Assembly: GCA_012295275.1 (NCBI GenBank)
Contig: CM022679.1
Location: forward strand, 8,494,001-8,558,000
Length of the DNA: 64,000 nt
Reading direction: 5' to 3'
Source: Chrysomallon squamiferum
Taxonomy: Eukaryota > Animalia > Mollusca
Below the pieces are notes generated by a model that searched no databases, was not told the DNA's origin, and saw only the letters and a program-made list of their open reading frames with translations. Made by a program: the position numbers and the translations under genes. Of this stretch, positions 1 to 29,335 are shown one piece after another (within the stretch, counting starts at the first letter, position 1; each line of letters begins with the position of its first letter).

Positions 1-339
1 TTTGATTAGTAGAATTTTGTGAGGAAGCATTGATTGGGTAGTCGAATCTCTCTAATCAAGTGGCTCGCGGTCTCCCCAATTATCGTAAAGACCAGTCGAA
101 ATATGGACGTAAATGCACAAGATAACTCATGCTTCTTGATGAAGCATACAATCGTAAAATTTGCTTCGTTAAGCTGAATCAAGTCCGCGTCTTTTTCTCG
201 AGTTCGCTGTTAAATAAGCCAGGTAAACAACTTAGCGATAACGTAATGACATTTTTTTTTTTTAAATATAAAGTTTTCTGTATAATTAAATTTTCATTTT
301 GTAATTGTTACCATAACCGGATAAATCTTGTTTTCAAAA

Positions 340-1102
340 ACAGTTACTACTTCTACTACGTTACCACTAATACTGTGACTGCTGCTGCTGCTAGTACTAC
401 AACTACTCCTATTACTGTTGCTACTGCTACAACTACTGTAATAAATATCATATCAACTAAAATTCTGGTATTAATAACAAAATTGACAGTGATAACTCCT
501 ACAACAAGAAGACACGTCTACTGCTACTGTTAATCCGTCTGCTACTTCTAATACTACTGATGCTACTACTACTGCTGTTATTATTACTATTACTGCTATT
601 AATTCTACTACTACTACTACTACAGCTATAACACAGCAAACGAAATAACCACTAGCTTCGGCTGCTACGTCTGATACTACTGCTGCTACTACTACTGCTG
701 TTATTATTACTATTACTGCTGTTATAACTACTACTACTACAGCTATAACACAGCAATTGTTAATAATATTACTACAGCAAACGAAATAACTACAGTGGTA
801 GCTTCGGCTGCTACGTCAGCTATGTCTGCTACGACTGCATCTGTTGTTGCTGGTACACGTATTATCAGTGCCATTGTCTGTTAACGATATTTCTTCTGTA
901 CTACTGCTAGTATTACAATAACAACAACCACTACTGTTGTTGTTGTTATTATTATGATTATTATTATTTTCATAATTTTATTATTATTATTATTATCATT
1001 ATTATTATCATCATCATTACTACTAATACTATTACTATTACTAAAATTACTTCTACTACTACACTATTAGTACTATTACTATTACCATTATTACTATTAT
1101 TA

Positions 1103-1139
<37 letters not shown>

Positions 1140-1225
1140 ATTATGATTATTATTATTGTTGCTATTATTACAACCACTGTTGTTGATGATGACGATGTTG
1201 TTGTTGTTGTCGTTGTTGTTGTAGC
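340..1225. repeat. Compound trinucleotide low-complexity region (ACT/GCT/ATT/GTT) with internal duplications
   Basis: Runs of actact, gctgct, attatt and gttgtt. Duplicated blocks ACAGCTATAACACAGCAA and AAACGAAATAAC...TAGCTTCGGCTGCTACGTC. Confidence 0.85.
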
Positions 1226-1410
1226 TATTCTTGGATAACTTTTCTCACTGAATTATCCATTTTATTTTCGCCCCTCATCTGTAACTAAAAACGTAACCCT
1301 GAAATAACACACCAACGTCTCAGAAAAGATCATTCTATCCTGCAGCAGTTGATGACGTCATTATTCTCACTCCTACATACGACGTCCACGTGCACGCCAA
1401 CAACACTGCC

Positions 1411-1447
<37 letters not shown>

Positions 1448-1583
1448 CTAGAGGGGACAAACGTTGCCCGACGACGTCGTCTTTTCTTTGATCTCAACAC
1501 ATCTCCGTCATTACTTCAAACATTGGCACAGACTTTCCAACTCGTTTAAGGTTTACTGTCGATTCGCTGAACAATTATTCAAA

Positions 1584-1679
1584 ATGTCTCGTTTTAATTT
1601 ACCGCTCTCTTCCTGGTTCAAAACACGTGTCCTGCTGCAATGTCCTTCGAGGAAAACGGAATCGAGCTGGTTAAATATG
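1584..1679 (+). CDS. Candidate first coding exon of ChAT (MSRFNLPLSSWFKTRVLLQCPSRKTESSWLNM)
   Basis: aaaATG context and 32 open codons ending at a phase-0 donor G|GTAGGA. It joins in frame to the phase-0 acceptor at 6081 (KCLPKLPVP) and would give a 647-aa protein. No homology or transcript support is available here. Confidence 0.4.
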
Positions 1680-1835
1680 GTAGGAATATGCATGGCTGTT
1701 TACGGGCATGCTCTGTCAGTAATATGTGCTGATACGGACGAACGGACAGATTAACATTTTTCTGTCTTGATGACGATGGTCAAGTAAACACGATAGCGGG
1801 TTCCCGTAATGATGCCCCGAAGCCCAGAAAGCGCA

Positions 1836-2280
1836 ACAGAAATCTTTACGCAGCTGTATTTTAGTGCACGCCGAGTTCTTAGAGAACAAAACAGAAATCT
1901 TTATACAGCTGTATTTTAGTGTACGCTGAGTTTTTAGAGAACAAAACAGAAATCTGTATACAGCTGTATTTTAGTGCACGCTGAGTTCTTAGAGAACAAA
2001 GCAGAATTGGTATACGCTGTATTTTAGGGTACTTTGAGTTTTTAAAACAAAGCAGAATTTGTATTAGCTGTATTTTAGTATACACTGAGGATTTAGAACA
2101 AAGCAGAATTTATATTAGCTGTATTTTAGTATACACTGAGTTTTTAGAACAAAGCAGAATTTGTATCAGCTGTATTTTAGGGTACTTTGAGTTCTTAGAA
2201 CAAGATAGAATTTGTATAAGCTGTATTTTAGTGAACAGTGACTTTCAGAACAAAATGAAGTATATATTAGTTGTATTTAA
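1836..2280. repeat. Minisatellite, about 8-9 copies of a 51-55 bp unit
   Basis: Recurrent AGAACAAAACAGAAATCTGTATACAGCTGTATTTTAGTGTACGCTGAGTTYTT, with AGAGAACAAA at 1881, 1936 and 1991. Units become shorter and more diverged toward 2280. Confidence 0.9.
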
Positions 2281-3898
2281 CAGTGATCTAAGGCAGCTGG
2301 AGCTAGATTTCTAACATTTTTAAAACTATTTCTCATCATAAATGACAATATTCTACTTTTATCATTATTATTATTGATTATTTTTTCTCACACGACAGCA
2401 TATTGTTTTGTTATTAGAAGTATGTTTATTTGTTTGTTTGTTTATTAGCATAAAAATGAAAAATAAGTAGTTTTCGTTTTCCTTTTATATTAACATTAAC
2501 CCTTTTCATTTTTGTTTTAACGTGTTTGTTTTTCTTTCATTATTGGGTTGTGTTTTTTTAATGAATATTTCAATCACGTTTCTTAAATAAATACGCTATT
2601 TTCATTTATTTAATGCGTTAAAATAAACCAAAACAAAACATTCGTGAATACGCTACATATTATTGTTTGATATTAAGAGATAGAAAAAAAAAAAAAATTC
2701 GTCACATTCTACTAGAACTAATACTGAATACTTCATTCAATCTAGTCTGATAGTGATGAATACTCAGCTTTCATTCAGTCCTAGCTATTTGTGATTGAAA
2801 AATCTTAACGTATATGATTCTTCCCCCCCCCAACTAAAACACACGAACAAGAATTCGTTAACGTATATTGCCTTTTCGTCACATCGTAGACATTTTGTGT
2901 TTACAAGCTGAACGCCAGTATTGACGTTTTTCCCTCAAGAGTTGTATCATGCAATCTAAAACGTCCAGATCATCTTGTTTGTAAAGCAGCACAAGCTGAA
3001 CTTACGAAATCAATAATTGGCTCTTCTTACCAAGAAACCACGCCTACTTTTTAGTCCCATTTCTACAGTTGTGGATGAAGATTTCCAAAGACTAGTACCA
3101 GGAGAAGAAATAGGCGCATAATTTCTTATTACCAAGAATCGATCTTTACAACATTGACACATAAGTTTTAATTTTTTATAATTTTTTATTTTTATTATTT
3201 TTTATTTTTTTTTTTTTTTGGATTTTGTTATGAACTGGAAATGAACTGCCATAAAGCAGTTGGATTCTTTAAAAATCAGACAGAGAGAGAGAGAAGAAAA
3301 AAAAATTATGTTGATTCATCTTATGTGGCAGAAGAGATGGAATCAGGCAGAATTTGCCGCTGACATTTGCGTTTGATTGTCGATCATGATGGTCGAAGTC
3401 GTGCGGCAACAAACTTGTTTTATTTAATTATACAGAGAATGTTATTCCATCTCACTTTCCAGAGCAGTCCTTCGCTGCTTTTGGAAACAGACAGCACACT
3501 GCGTTCAATTTTAAAGTAATTTACTCCATGTTGCATATTCATGAATAATAAATGAAAAAGATTAGAAACCAATAAAATAATAAGATATGTTTTTATTTCA
3601 TTTGCAACGTTTCCTTAACGTGCATCAAAGTAATAAGAAGAAGAAGAAGAAGAAAAAAGAAGAAAAAAGAAGGGAGGAGGGAAAGAAATATTTAAATTAT
3701 TTTACAAAAATTACTTTTTGTAATATTTTACATGTATAGTTTTTTCTTTTGATTTGTATAAAATTCAGATATTTTAAAATTCTAAATGAGTACAGCAGCC
3801 AGAAACTTTCTGAGTTAGAACTTAAGTTACTTCACTGAACACCATTTTGATATATACTTTATCATGTGTGCATCTTTTTGTATCTACGTATGTGTGGG

Positions 3899-3901
<3 letters not shown>

Positions 3902-3993
<92 letters not shown>
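3902..3993. repeat. (GA)n microsatellite
   Basis: Pure GA run. Similar (GA/CT)n tracts at 5519-5615, 11123-11194, 17452-17563, 24937-24973, 25674-25720, 32012-32081 and 37215-37293. Confidence 0.97.
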
Positions 3994-3996
<3 letters not shown>

Positions 3997-5093
3997 GCCA
4001 AAAATACACAGAGAAATAACTTATTTTATTCTCTGAACGAGCATTTCTAACCTAAAATTGTTTTCATTTTAATTATCACATGTGAATCTAACTTCATATA
4101 AGATGATGTATGATCCGATTTCGACCCAGAACGCAATAACGTGTATTCATCATCCACTGTTAGTTTTAGCACTTATGCTAATGTGGAGGGTCTAGACACC
4201 ACAAAGTCGTTAAATCGAGTTCCATTCAGCCTCATTGCGCTGACGTCACAGACTGAATGATGGGATTGAATCTCAAGTTTCATAAAATCGAATCCAAGAA
4301 CAAAATCCTCAAAATGAGTGAAGTGAACCATCTATCATTCATTTATATACAAGTTACATAATAAATTTTCAAAAATAGTATACTGATTTCTGTAATTTCA
4401 GTCGTAAATAAAGGAATTCAAAATTAAAAAAGAATAATAATAATTAAAAAAAAAGATGTAAAATTTTAGAGATAAGAAAATTTTCGAAAACGTTGAAGAA
4501 TAGAATAAAAGAAGCCCTGCATAGTCATAATGAATGATGGCACCGATAATACATTGTTATTTCAAATGCTGAAAGTGATGATGGATTATGATTTAATTAA
4601 TGTAATGTATTATTTCCACACAAAAAAAATAATAAATAAATAAATAAAAATAAAAAAATAAAAAAACTAACAACAACATCAACGATAATGATGATGATGA
4701 TGATGACAATAAAATTAATAATATAAAACATCAGCATTAATGATGATGGTGATGACGACGATGATCATGATAATAATATTTATTATTATTATTATTATTA
4801 TTATCATCATCATCAAGCATCATCACCACCATAAAACAAATATTGATAATAATAACAACAGCAGCAACAATAACATCAGCAATAGTAATAATAATAATAA
4901 TAATAATTCACATCGACAGATCGTAAATCTGAACGAATCTGGACTGTTTTCCAGCAGCCTGCGTTTAGAGAGGTCATATCATGTCACAGAACGCTGACTT
5001 CCCCTTCTCTGCTAATGCTTTCTTTATTGGCTTATCCCAATTTACTCTGGCGCCAAAAGAAACCATTCTCCGGATTACAGCGGACACTGATTG

Positions 5094-5128
<35 letters not shown>

Positions 5129-5517
5129 AACATTCATCGCATCCAGCTCAATTGGCGAGATTGTGCAATTACGGTTGAAATTGCGAGTAATTGCGACCGT
5201 TTTGACCGTGATTTCGTAGAAAATCAAAATCGGGACCGAGACGATTTCTTTAATTTCCAACTGAATTATACAGGCAGATTTATAATGGATAATTTGTCTA
5301 CTATTTTTCATGACGATTACCGATGATGGTTATTCATGCTGGAATTCTTATCATGTGTGAGCTCTGGTATTAATGATGACGTATCGTTTCTGGAATTAAC
5401 ATCATCAATGTGAAATAAATAAATGATTACTTTGAAAACGAATCTTTTTAAAAATAGAACCATCTGATGTAATTATATATCGAATATTTCTATTTTGAAA
5501 GAAAACGATATCGTTTC

Positions 5518-5616
<99 letters not shown>

Positions 5617-5968
5617 GTTGTTTTCGTTGATGTTATAATCTAATCTAACTTTCTATTTGTCTGTCTATGCCTATCTCGCTGTCTGTCAGAATTTGCATGT
5701 ATCTCTCTGTCTTTATACATACATACATACATACCCTAGCACTAATGTGTACATGTATATAATTATATGTACTAATGCGCACTTATGTATGCTAAACTGT
5801 GCATATGTAAAACATAATTTTAGTCTCCAGTAATCACACGAAATAATGATTACTGACAAATACAGCGTTATGTGTTATTTTATTTCATACTCTAAATCAC
5901 TAGAAATATCAAATGATAATGATAATAATGATGATGTGACAAATATAATAATAATAATAATAATAATA

Positions 5969-6012
<44 letters not shown>

Positions 6013-6080
6013 TATTATTAGCATCATCATCATTACTGTTGTTGTTGTTATATGAAACTTTTTTCTTTCATTCTTTACAG

Positions 6081-21187
<15,107 letters not shown>

Positions 21188-21209
21188 TCTCCACGTTTCT
21201 CATTGGTTG

Positions 21210-21250
<41 letters not shown>

Positions 21251-21336
21251 GGAACTTTCCAGAAAAAAAAAAAAAAACCTGCAGAATGTTGTTACTTCAT
21301 AGAATTAGTTATTTATTAGTTACTATTTATTAGAAA

Positions 21337-21394
<58 letters not shown>

Positions 21395-22112
21395 TATACT
21401 GATAAGTATTAGGTCTGATATTCGTTTCCATTCAATGGGATTAGGTTCAAAATTATTCAGATCATTATAGTGAAGATTTATATTTGTGATTGACTGTTGT
21501 GTTATTTATAAATATTCATTAATTTATCAAAAATTCCTTCATTAGTTTGAAATAAAATAATGAACACTGACGAGGTAACCTAAATATTTAACAATTACTG
21601 ACACTGGTGCACTAGATTAGCTAAAAATTTTTTACTGATATTAAAATACACTATTATCTAAACTTTTGACATTATACTGACGAATACTGAAAAAGGTTAC
21701 CTAGATATTTAACATTTGCTATTATTAATATACAGTTTATTTCGCGACATTTTGACTAGAAATCCGAAATAATTATGTCAATTAAAAAACTGATATTTTC
21801 AGAAATCATTTATAGATGGGATATAAATAAACAGGAAATCTGCTCCGTGATGATAATAAACTAGATTATTTAGATGAGATCAAAAACTAAGCCAAGTGAA
21901 ATACCTCATACATGATCTTCATTCTGTTCTTGTTACTGTTTACTGTACGGGTGTAATACACGAGTTATATACAGTTGTTAAAATGTTATTACTGAGCCAC
22001 AAATTAATGTAATAAAACATTCCCTTATGATATTAAAATGTACCTTTGATGATACGAAGAAAAAATATTCTGCACATTTCCAACTTCCGCTTTATTTTTT
22101 TTTTTCTTCTTG

Positions 22113-22168
<56 letters not shown>

Positions 22169-22402
22169 TTTTTTATTATTATTATTTTTTATTGATTGAC
22201 TGATATTTTTTTTCACTGATTTTATTATTGTTTTTACTGTTTTTTTCTCCCCATCCATCATTAATTAATAACAAAATAAAGCAACAAAAAATGCAATTTT
22301 AAAATATCTGGGCGCCGCCATTGTTTTTGCAGTAGTGACGTCACTACGTACAAGGCCGATCGATTTGTTCTAAAGATTGTTTCAGTAGTGTTTGAAATCA
22401 GA

Positions 22403-22454
<52 letters not shown>

Positions 22455-23624
22455 TAAAATTAAAAATTAATTATAATGTCACAATTCCAACTGTACTGAA
22501 AGACGATAGGTTTTGTAAAACAATAAAAAAATAATAATTTGGAAGTATAAAGAATTTAATTTAGCCCGCAAAAGGTACAGTTCAGGGACTATTGTTGTTA
22601 CTGTTATTGTTCTGTTATCAGCTGATATTTGGTTGTTTGGTTAAAAAGCAAAAAATATGTTCTTTACGTAAAGGTGTATTGATATTTCATAAATTACCAT
22701 CTAAACAAAAATACCAGTGATTATAATTCAGCACGGCAACTGTATGTGTGTGTATCGGGTGGGGAGAGAGAGAGAAAGAGAGAGAGTGTGTGCGTGTAAC
22801 GTACATTTAAAGACATTAACAATAAACACTGCGGTGAACAGTAACGATGACACATTCTTGTGGAAGTATTCAATTAGCAACTAGCAGCACATTATAACGG
22901 AACATGCTGTAGGCCTATTGGTGCTAGTAAATATTGTATTAAATATTCAAAAATTGTTTTCTTGTCAAAATAACCATTAATTAATTGTTATCATAGTGCA
23001 CATTCATTATAACTGTTGTTAATATCTTTATACATATTGTATTTCTGAAGTTCCATATTATTTCAGATAATTTTCAAATACTCTTTCGATTTTTAATCGT
23101 TAGATTTACGTTGGATATATTTAAACGCAGTGCATTCCATGATATTCTGGAGACACAGTTAAATGATATAATCAAAGGGAGAAGTGTTGAGTTATAATTA
23201 ACTGAGACTGGCAGGTCTAAGAAAAAACACAAAAACTTTATCATTCCGGCAAGGCATTGGATCGAAGGGTGAGATTAAAGTTCGATGATAAGTCTATATT
23301 TTTCTTAGCGAGCTTACGTTATGAACTGTTACCGAGACGTTATAAATACGATAAAAATACGCATAATACATGTTATATTTACTATCCCAAATAAATATTT
23401 CTTCTAGATGCTAATAAAATTAGTTAGACTGAACTGAGTGATAACACTATTTTGTATAGCGTATATAAAAAAAATGTATGTTACTGTTTTAGAACTGTTT
23501 TCATTGTTCAGAATTTAGGCTATGTTTAAAACGAATGTGTTAAATAACTGTTAAATTGCGTTTTACTCATTAATTTATTAAATGTTTAAAAAAAAAACGT
23601 TATGCAGTATACAGTAAAGTATCT

Positions 23625-23628
<4 letters not shown>

Positions 23629-23661
<33 letters not shown>

Positions 23662-23666
23662 TATTA

Positions 23667-23718
<52 letters not shown>

Positions 23719-23821
23719 TACTATTACTATTACTATTACTATTATTATTATTACTGTTATTACCATTATTATTATTATTATTATTATCATCATCATCATC
23801 ATCATCATTATCATTATTATT
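23629..23821. repeat. (GAT)n-(ATT)n-(CAT)n compound microsatellite
   Basis: Directly visible; source of four spurious ORFs at 23578-23848. Confidence 0.95.
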
Positions 23822-24070
23822 GTGATATACCAAATAGGTTATAATTAGATGTTATTGTTTTAGAGTGTTTCTGAAAACCGTTATGTTTCAATAACTAGAG
23901 TATTTACTATATATACAAGTTGTTTCATTTGATATGACGTATATAGTAATATATTTACATCTGTTGGTAGCTAATACTAGTTCTTGTTAGGGTATCTGTG
24001 ATTGAAATGTGTATGAAATTGTTCAGTGGTTAAAGAATATGATCTTAGTCATTTCAGAACTTTAAAATAT

Positions 24071-24105
<35 letters not shown>

Positions 24106-24552
24106 TTTGTTTGTTTGTATATTTGTTTATTTATTTATCTATGTTTTTATCTATTTATTCATTTATTTATATCGTATTTTTATCTATATTTATAAAAAAA
24201 ATGTTTTGTTCTGTTCGTAATGGATTTAGCTGGAGGAATTTTTTTTTTTTTTTTTTTTTAAATTAATTAATTTATTTATTCTATTTTTATTATTTTATTT
24301 ATTTATTTATTTATTTATTTATTTTTTTATTTTTGTATTATTAATATTTTATTATTTTAATTTTTAAAATTATTATTATTATTATTATTATTATTATTTT
24401 ATTTTTTGGACGAAATGATTTCCAAATATATGAGTTAGAAATAATAGTTATAACTATACGCAATAATAAAAGTTTCAGTATATAAGTAAATGGAGCGTCT
24501 TTGTTATTTTCTTTTGTGGTTTTGTTTCTTCTTCTTTCACACACTGAATCTA

Positions 24553-24753
24553 CAGGGTGTCCACAAAGTCTGGGTACATGGGGAATTTTACTATGTTATT
24601 TATTTGTGTTATTTTTCTTAAATAATGGCTCTGTCTAAAGACGAAAGAAAATGGACGAGAAGGATGGTCTTACAAAGTTGCAGAAGAAATCAATCTTAGA
24701 CACCCTAATAGACAACCTATTTATTTTCTTATGTAAACTTTGTGGACACCCTG
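24553..24753 (+). mobile_element. Tc1/mariner-derived non-autonomous element (MITE / internal deletion derivative), 201 bp
   Basis: Perfect 17-bp TIRs CAGGGTGTCCACAAAGT (24553-24569) and ACTTTGTGGACACCCTG (24737-24753), each flanked by TA (24551-52, 24754-55). The interior has a broken reading MALSKDER.../KVAEEINLRHPNRQPI resembling a transposase N-terminal HTH. Confidence 0.88.
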
Positions 24754-24932
24754 TATAATAAATACATATAAAACACAAAAAATGCATAAGTGCATGTCTA
24801 CAGAGAAAGAGATAAAGAAAGCAAACTGATAAGGCAAAACAAACAAAAGAAGAAAAAACAGCAATAATAAAGGAGGAGAGAAAGCTTTCGATTTCTTGAT
24901 ATTAACGAAATAATTTACATTCTGTCTTCATC

Positions 24933-25005
<73 letters not shown>

Positions 25006-25649
25006 TACACACATATACACACATATACACATATTAAACTGCAAAACAATCTTTATTAAGCACTTAACGAGCAAAATATATTTCTCGACAGTATTACTAA
25101 CAAACATGTATCCAATTTACTATTTACAGAGAGGCGAATTAAAATACAACACCCACACGATTTCTGTCTTCTTTTTTGGTTTCAAAAACAAAATCTTGAT
25201 TCGGTAACTGTTATGATATTCTGCACTGATTTTCCCTTTACAAAATCGATTCGTGGGTATGGATTTTCGCGATTTATTCGTAAAGATAACTATGGATTAG
25301 AAGAAAAATGACTGATAATTGTTTCAAACTGAATCTCTATCTCTTAACGGTCAGGTCATTGCTGTGTTGACAGTAGGAAGATATCTTTTATCTGTACAAA
25401 GAATACAATGACATCGGGAAACAGATAAGAGACTAGCCTTTTATATTTACTATCTAGAAATACATAATTATAAGTGCACTTATTTTCACACACACGCACA
25501 CACACACGCACAATTAAACCGAAATTTTTCTGCCTTTCTAAATACGCGTTTCCTATATATGTATATATAAATTTAATTTTATAATTTTATATCGCCTTTT
25601 ACAAAGATAGAGGCAGAACATTTTCCTAGAGTAAAGCGTATCAGCATAA

Positions 25650-25724
<75 letters not shown>

Positions 25725-25759
25725 AAATGTTTAATGGAATGTTAGTCTGGAAAAAAAAC

Positions 25760-25790
25760 TGACGTCATCTATAATGACGTAACCGGAATA
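25760..25790 (+). promoter_or_regulatory. CRE palindrome + CRE-like half site + ETS-like CCGGAA about 100 bp upstream of the WD40 gene ATG
   Basis: TGACGTCA tctataa TGACGTAA CCGGAA. Motif match only; function inferred. Confidence 0.4.
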
Positions 25791-25864
25791 CTGACCTAAA
25801 GAAAACAACGAAAGCTTAGCAGGACTTCTCATCAGAGTAAAGAAAACTGTTAGTAAATACAACA

Positions 25865-28267
25865 ATGGCGTCGACTCTCTATAAACATGGAATACGACAG
25901 CAACATTCATCAAAGTTAATGCTGGCTAAACACAGTTCAAAGTCACTGATATTCACCAAACTCAGCAAATCCTCCGTTAGTTATGACTCCAAGACAGATC
26001 TAAAGCTCCTCAAAAGAAAATCTAGGAAACAAGTAACCAAAACAATTAACTTGATATCACCTGGAAGTGCCATCTTCAAAGCGGTACGTAGCTTATAATG
26101 TTTTGTTTATGTGTTGTATTTTTATTTTTATTTCTATATCTTCATCATTTCGTAAAACTGAGACCGCCATGGATCATACGACATAACGAACGGCCTGTCA
26201 CACCAGAATGAATCAACACAATAATTGTGAAAGTTCCATTCATGGAACCGAATGTGAAATCATTATATCATATACTGTATGTTCACTTGATTCGTAATAG
26301 ACAATTTAAGAAAGTACATTTTTGGCGGGAAAATGTAAAGAAGCTTTTTTAAGTAATTTTATTTTTTTCGCTAATTATTTTCTTAAGTAGTACATTTTGA
26401 TCAACATAAGAATTCCTCTAACACATAATAAAGAAATTTTCGATAGAAATTGGACAATAAATATATCCATTTAGTGGCTATTTCCAGGAATATCTCCTAT
26501 TTATTCCAGCATTAGATTACATTAAAAATTGGATTTCTTTGATCATTTGAGGGTCGTTCTGCACTTAAGCCAGTTCGGACCTTCTGGACAACAATCATAA
26601 TTTACATCTCACTTGATACCAATCCATTATAAGAAACATAACCATTAAAAAAAAAAAAACAACTACAGTCCTCACTAATTTGTTACTTTGTAGTTATAAA
26701 AATTACGTTTGAAATTTTATTTTTTGAAATCAGGATACGTCTTCGGACACTAAGCTCAACATACTGAAGACGACATTTGAGATGGCCAGCAAGGGAGGAT
26801 CGCAAGGATTAAATCTGGAACAGTTTACGGAAGCCATACGAAGAACGAGTAACAGGTAGTAGTATCATACTAATTAACACAACAAATACAAAATATCGTG
26901 AAACAAGATATGCTTTTAAACTGAAGTAAATAAATATACATAGATTCTACCCTTGGCGTTACCGATGTAGCGATTAGCGATAAACATGTATCCTAACGTT
27001 GAACAAAGAACTGCCTGTCGTAAGCTGAGAAAATGCTTGATCGACTCTCGAAGTTTTTAAAACAAATACTATTATCCAGTTGATTCATTTGTAATAGGCC
27101 ATTTGCTTGTCAGAATTAAATAATAATAATAATAATAATAATAATGATGATGATGATGATGATGATGATAATGATGACAATGATGATGATGATGATGGTG
27201 ATGAAGATTAATTTTAATTAGTATTTTACAATCGCTATTTCATAACAATCATTTGTTTCACGTGGCTAGAGAAATGACTGATGAAGAAATAAAGCACAAC
27301 TTCATGAAGATGGACGTGGACTGTGACGGCACAGTGGACTGGACGGAGTATGTCACATTTCAAATGTTCACGCGTCAAGTGAACGACCAGCTGATGCAGG
27401 TGATCCCCGAAAAACCTTTTGTCAACGAAATGAAACACGTTCAAGCGAGGACCCACGACGCGATTGTCAGCATCATCTTCTTCCCGCACATCCCGAAGCA
27501 TTCCAACAGGTACGACCTTTGCGACGGCAAATACGCCTCGCTCACCAGAGACGGCATTGTAAGCTTCTGGACGCTGGAAATGAAGCACAAGATCAACTTC
27601 GGCGCCATCATGGACGACGACCGCATCAACAAACCCTGGTTCCTCGACATGACGTGCATGTACAACGTCAACATGCTCGCACTGACCACCACCGACAGAG
27701 AATTCATCTTCTTCGACATCACGCCCGAAGCGTTCTTGAAACGCTTCGTGATCACGGGACTGGAGAACTGCGTCACTTCCATGGACTTCTGGATTGACCT
27801 CGTCCAGCGCAGGTTTGCGATCTTCATGTGGGGAGACACGCGCGGTAACATATTCGCGCTGTACTTCCAGGTGCTCAGGGGCGGCGGACTTTTCGCATCG
27901 ACGAGCGACAAAAAGGACACGGCCAAAAGGGCGACCTTCTCGGAAATAATGCGCGGACTGGTGCCACACATTAAGGCGTACAAGATGCCTCGAACTCACG
28001 AAGACTGGGTGTGCAAAATCAAATACGTGCCTCAGCTCAACGGCTTCATGTCGTGCTGCGAGAAGACAAACACGGCGCTGTACTTGGCTGACTTCATCAA
28101 AGACAGGACAGCTATCTACTTCAAAGTGCACAAAGGCATCACGTGTTTTGACTATTCCACGCAGATGAACGTCATTGTGTCGGGTGGTCCAGACTATGTA
28201 GTTCGTTTGTGGAATCCCTACCTTACCCACAGAGCCATCGCCCTGCTTAAGGTAATAATCGTTCTGA

Positions 28268-28328
<61 letters not shown>

Positions 28329-29271
28329 GTAAAAGTAAGAGTAATAGTAGTAGTAGCAGTAGAAGAGTAGAGTGGCAGTAGAGGTAATGGTAGTAGTAGT
28401 AGTAGAAGTAATAGTAGTAGTATTAATGATGATGGTGATGATGATAATGATGATGATAATTATAATAATGGATAAATCAATAAAATATTGGGCTTAAACT
28501 AATTTATTTTTACTATTCACAAACAATATATGAACATTAGAAAACGTTTTAATTATTTATTTAAAACAAAATCATTGGTATGTCCTTCGTGTTATATTTG
28601 TTATTTTAACAAGCAAATATTAGCTGCAGAACCAAAGTTAAAATCATTCGACTGAATAATTCATGCATGTTTGTGAATGTCCGTGTATGTTTTCTTCAGT
28701 CCTGAAAACGAGTTCTACTTTTTCAACGTAAATACTACAGAAATCAAAAAAAAAATGCGATAATACTGTTTCTCAAACCTAAAACCTTACATTCTTCATT
28801 ACATTCAATTCATTTTAAGGGTCACACGAGGCCTGTGACCTACGTTTTTGTGAACGACAGTCGACACCAAGTTGTCAGCATCGACAAAGAGAAAACAGTG
28901 AATGTCTTCGACCTCATAGATCAGAGCTGGGTTCAGCACATGAGTCACAGAAACATCAGGCTGGGGCCTTTCCCTCTCACGGGCGTTTTCTTCAACGAGA
29001 AACTCCAGCATCTCATCTTGGCCACCAACCATTTGGGACTGCTGGAGGAGAAGTACGAAGAAAAGCCCACCGACGTCGTGTCTCACAAAAACCCTGTCGT
29101 GATCACGTTGTACAACAAAACTTTCAAATACCTTGTCACAGCGTGCGAAGGATCTGTGGTGAGCGTCTGGAATGTTACAGATGGTAATAAGTTTGATATA
29201 TATATATATATATTTTTTTTTTTTCCGTTATGAACGGGTTTATTCAATGCCTCATGTTAAAATATTTTTAA

Positions 29272-29335
<64 letters not shown>

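Noticed and set aside
129-533. 134-aa ORF and other poly-I/T/L/Y/N/ER ORFs (4740, 5846, 7451, 17330, 19876, 23578-23848, 29252, 32000, 37108)
   Set aside because: Translations of microsatellites and low-complexity DNA.
21210-21246. Long A-run just after the ChAT stop suggesting a retrocopy poly(A) tail
   Set aside because: The gene has many introns, there is no upstream AATAAA or target-site duplication, and long A/T runs are common throughout the window.
27235-28230. 331-aa minus-strand ORF and other ORFs overlapping the WD40 exons (27441-31780)
   Set aside because: Antisense/alternate-frame shadows of GC3-rich coding exons; no recognisable motifs.
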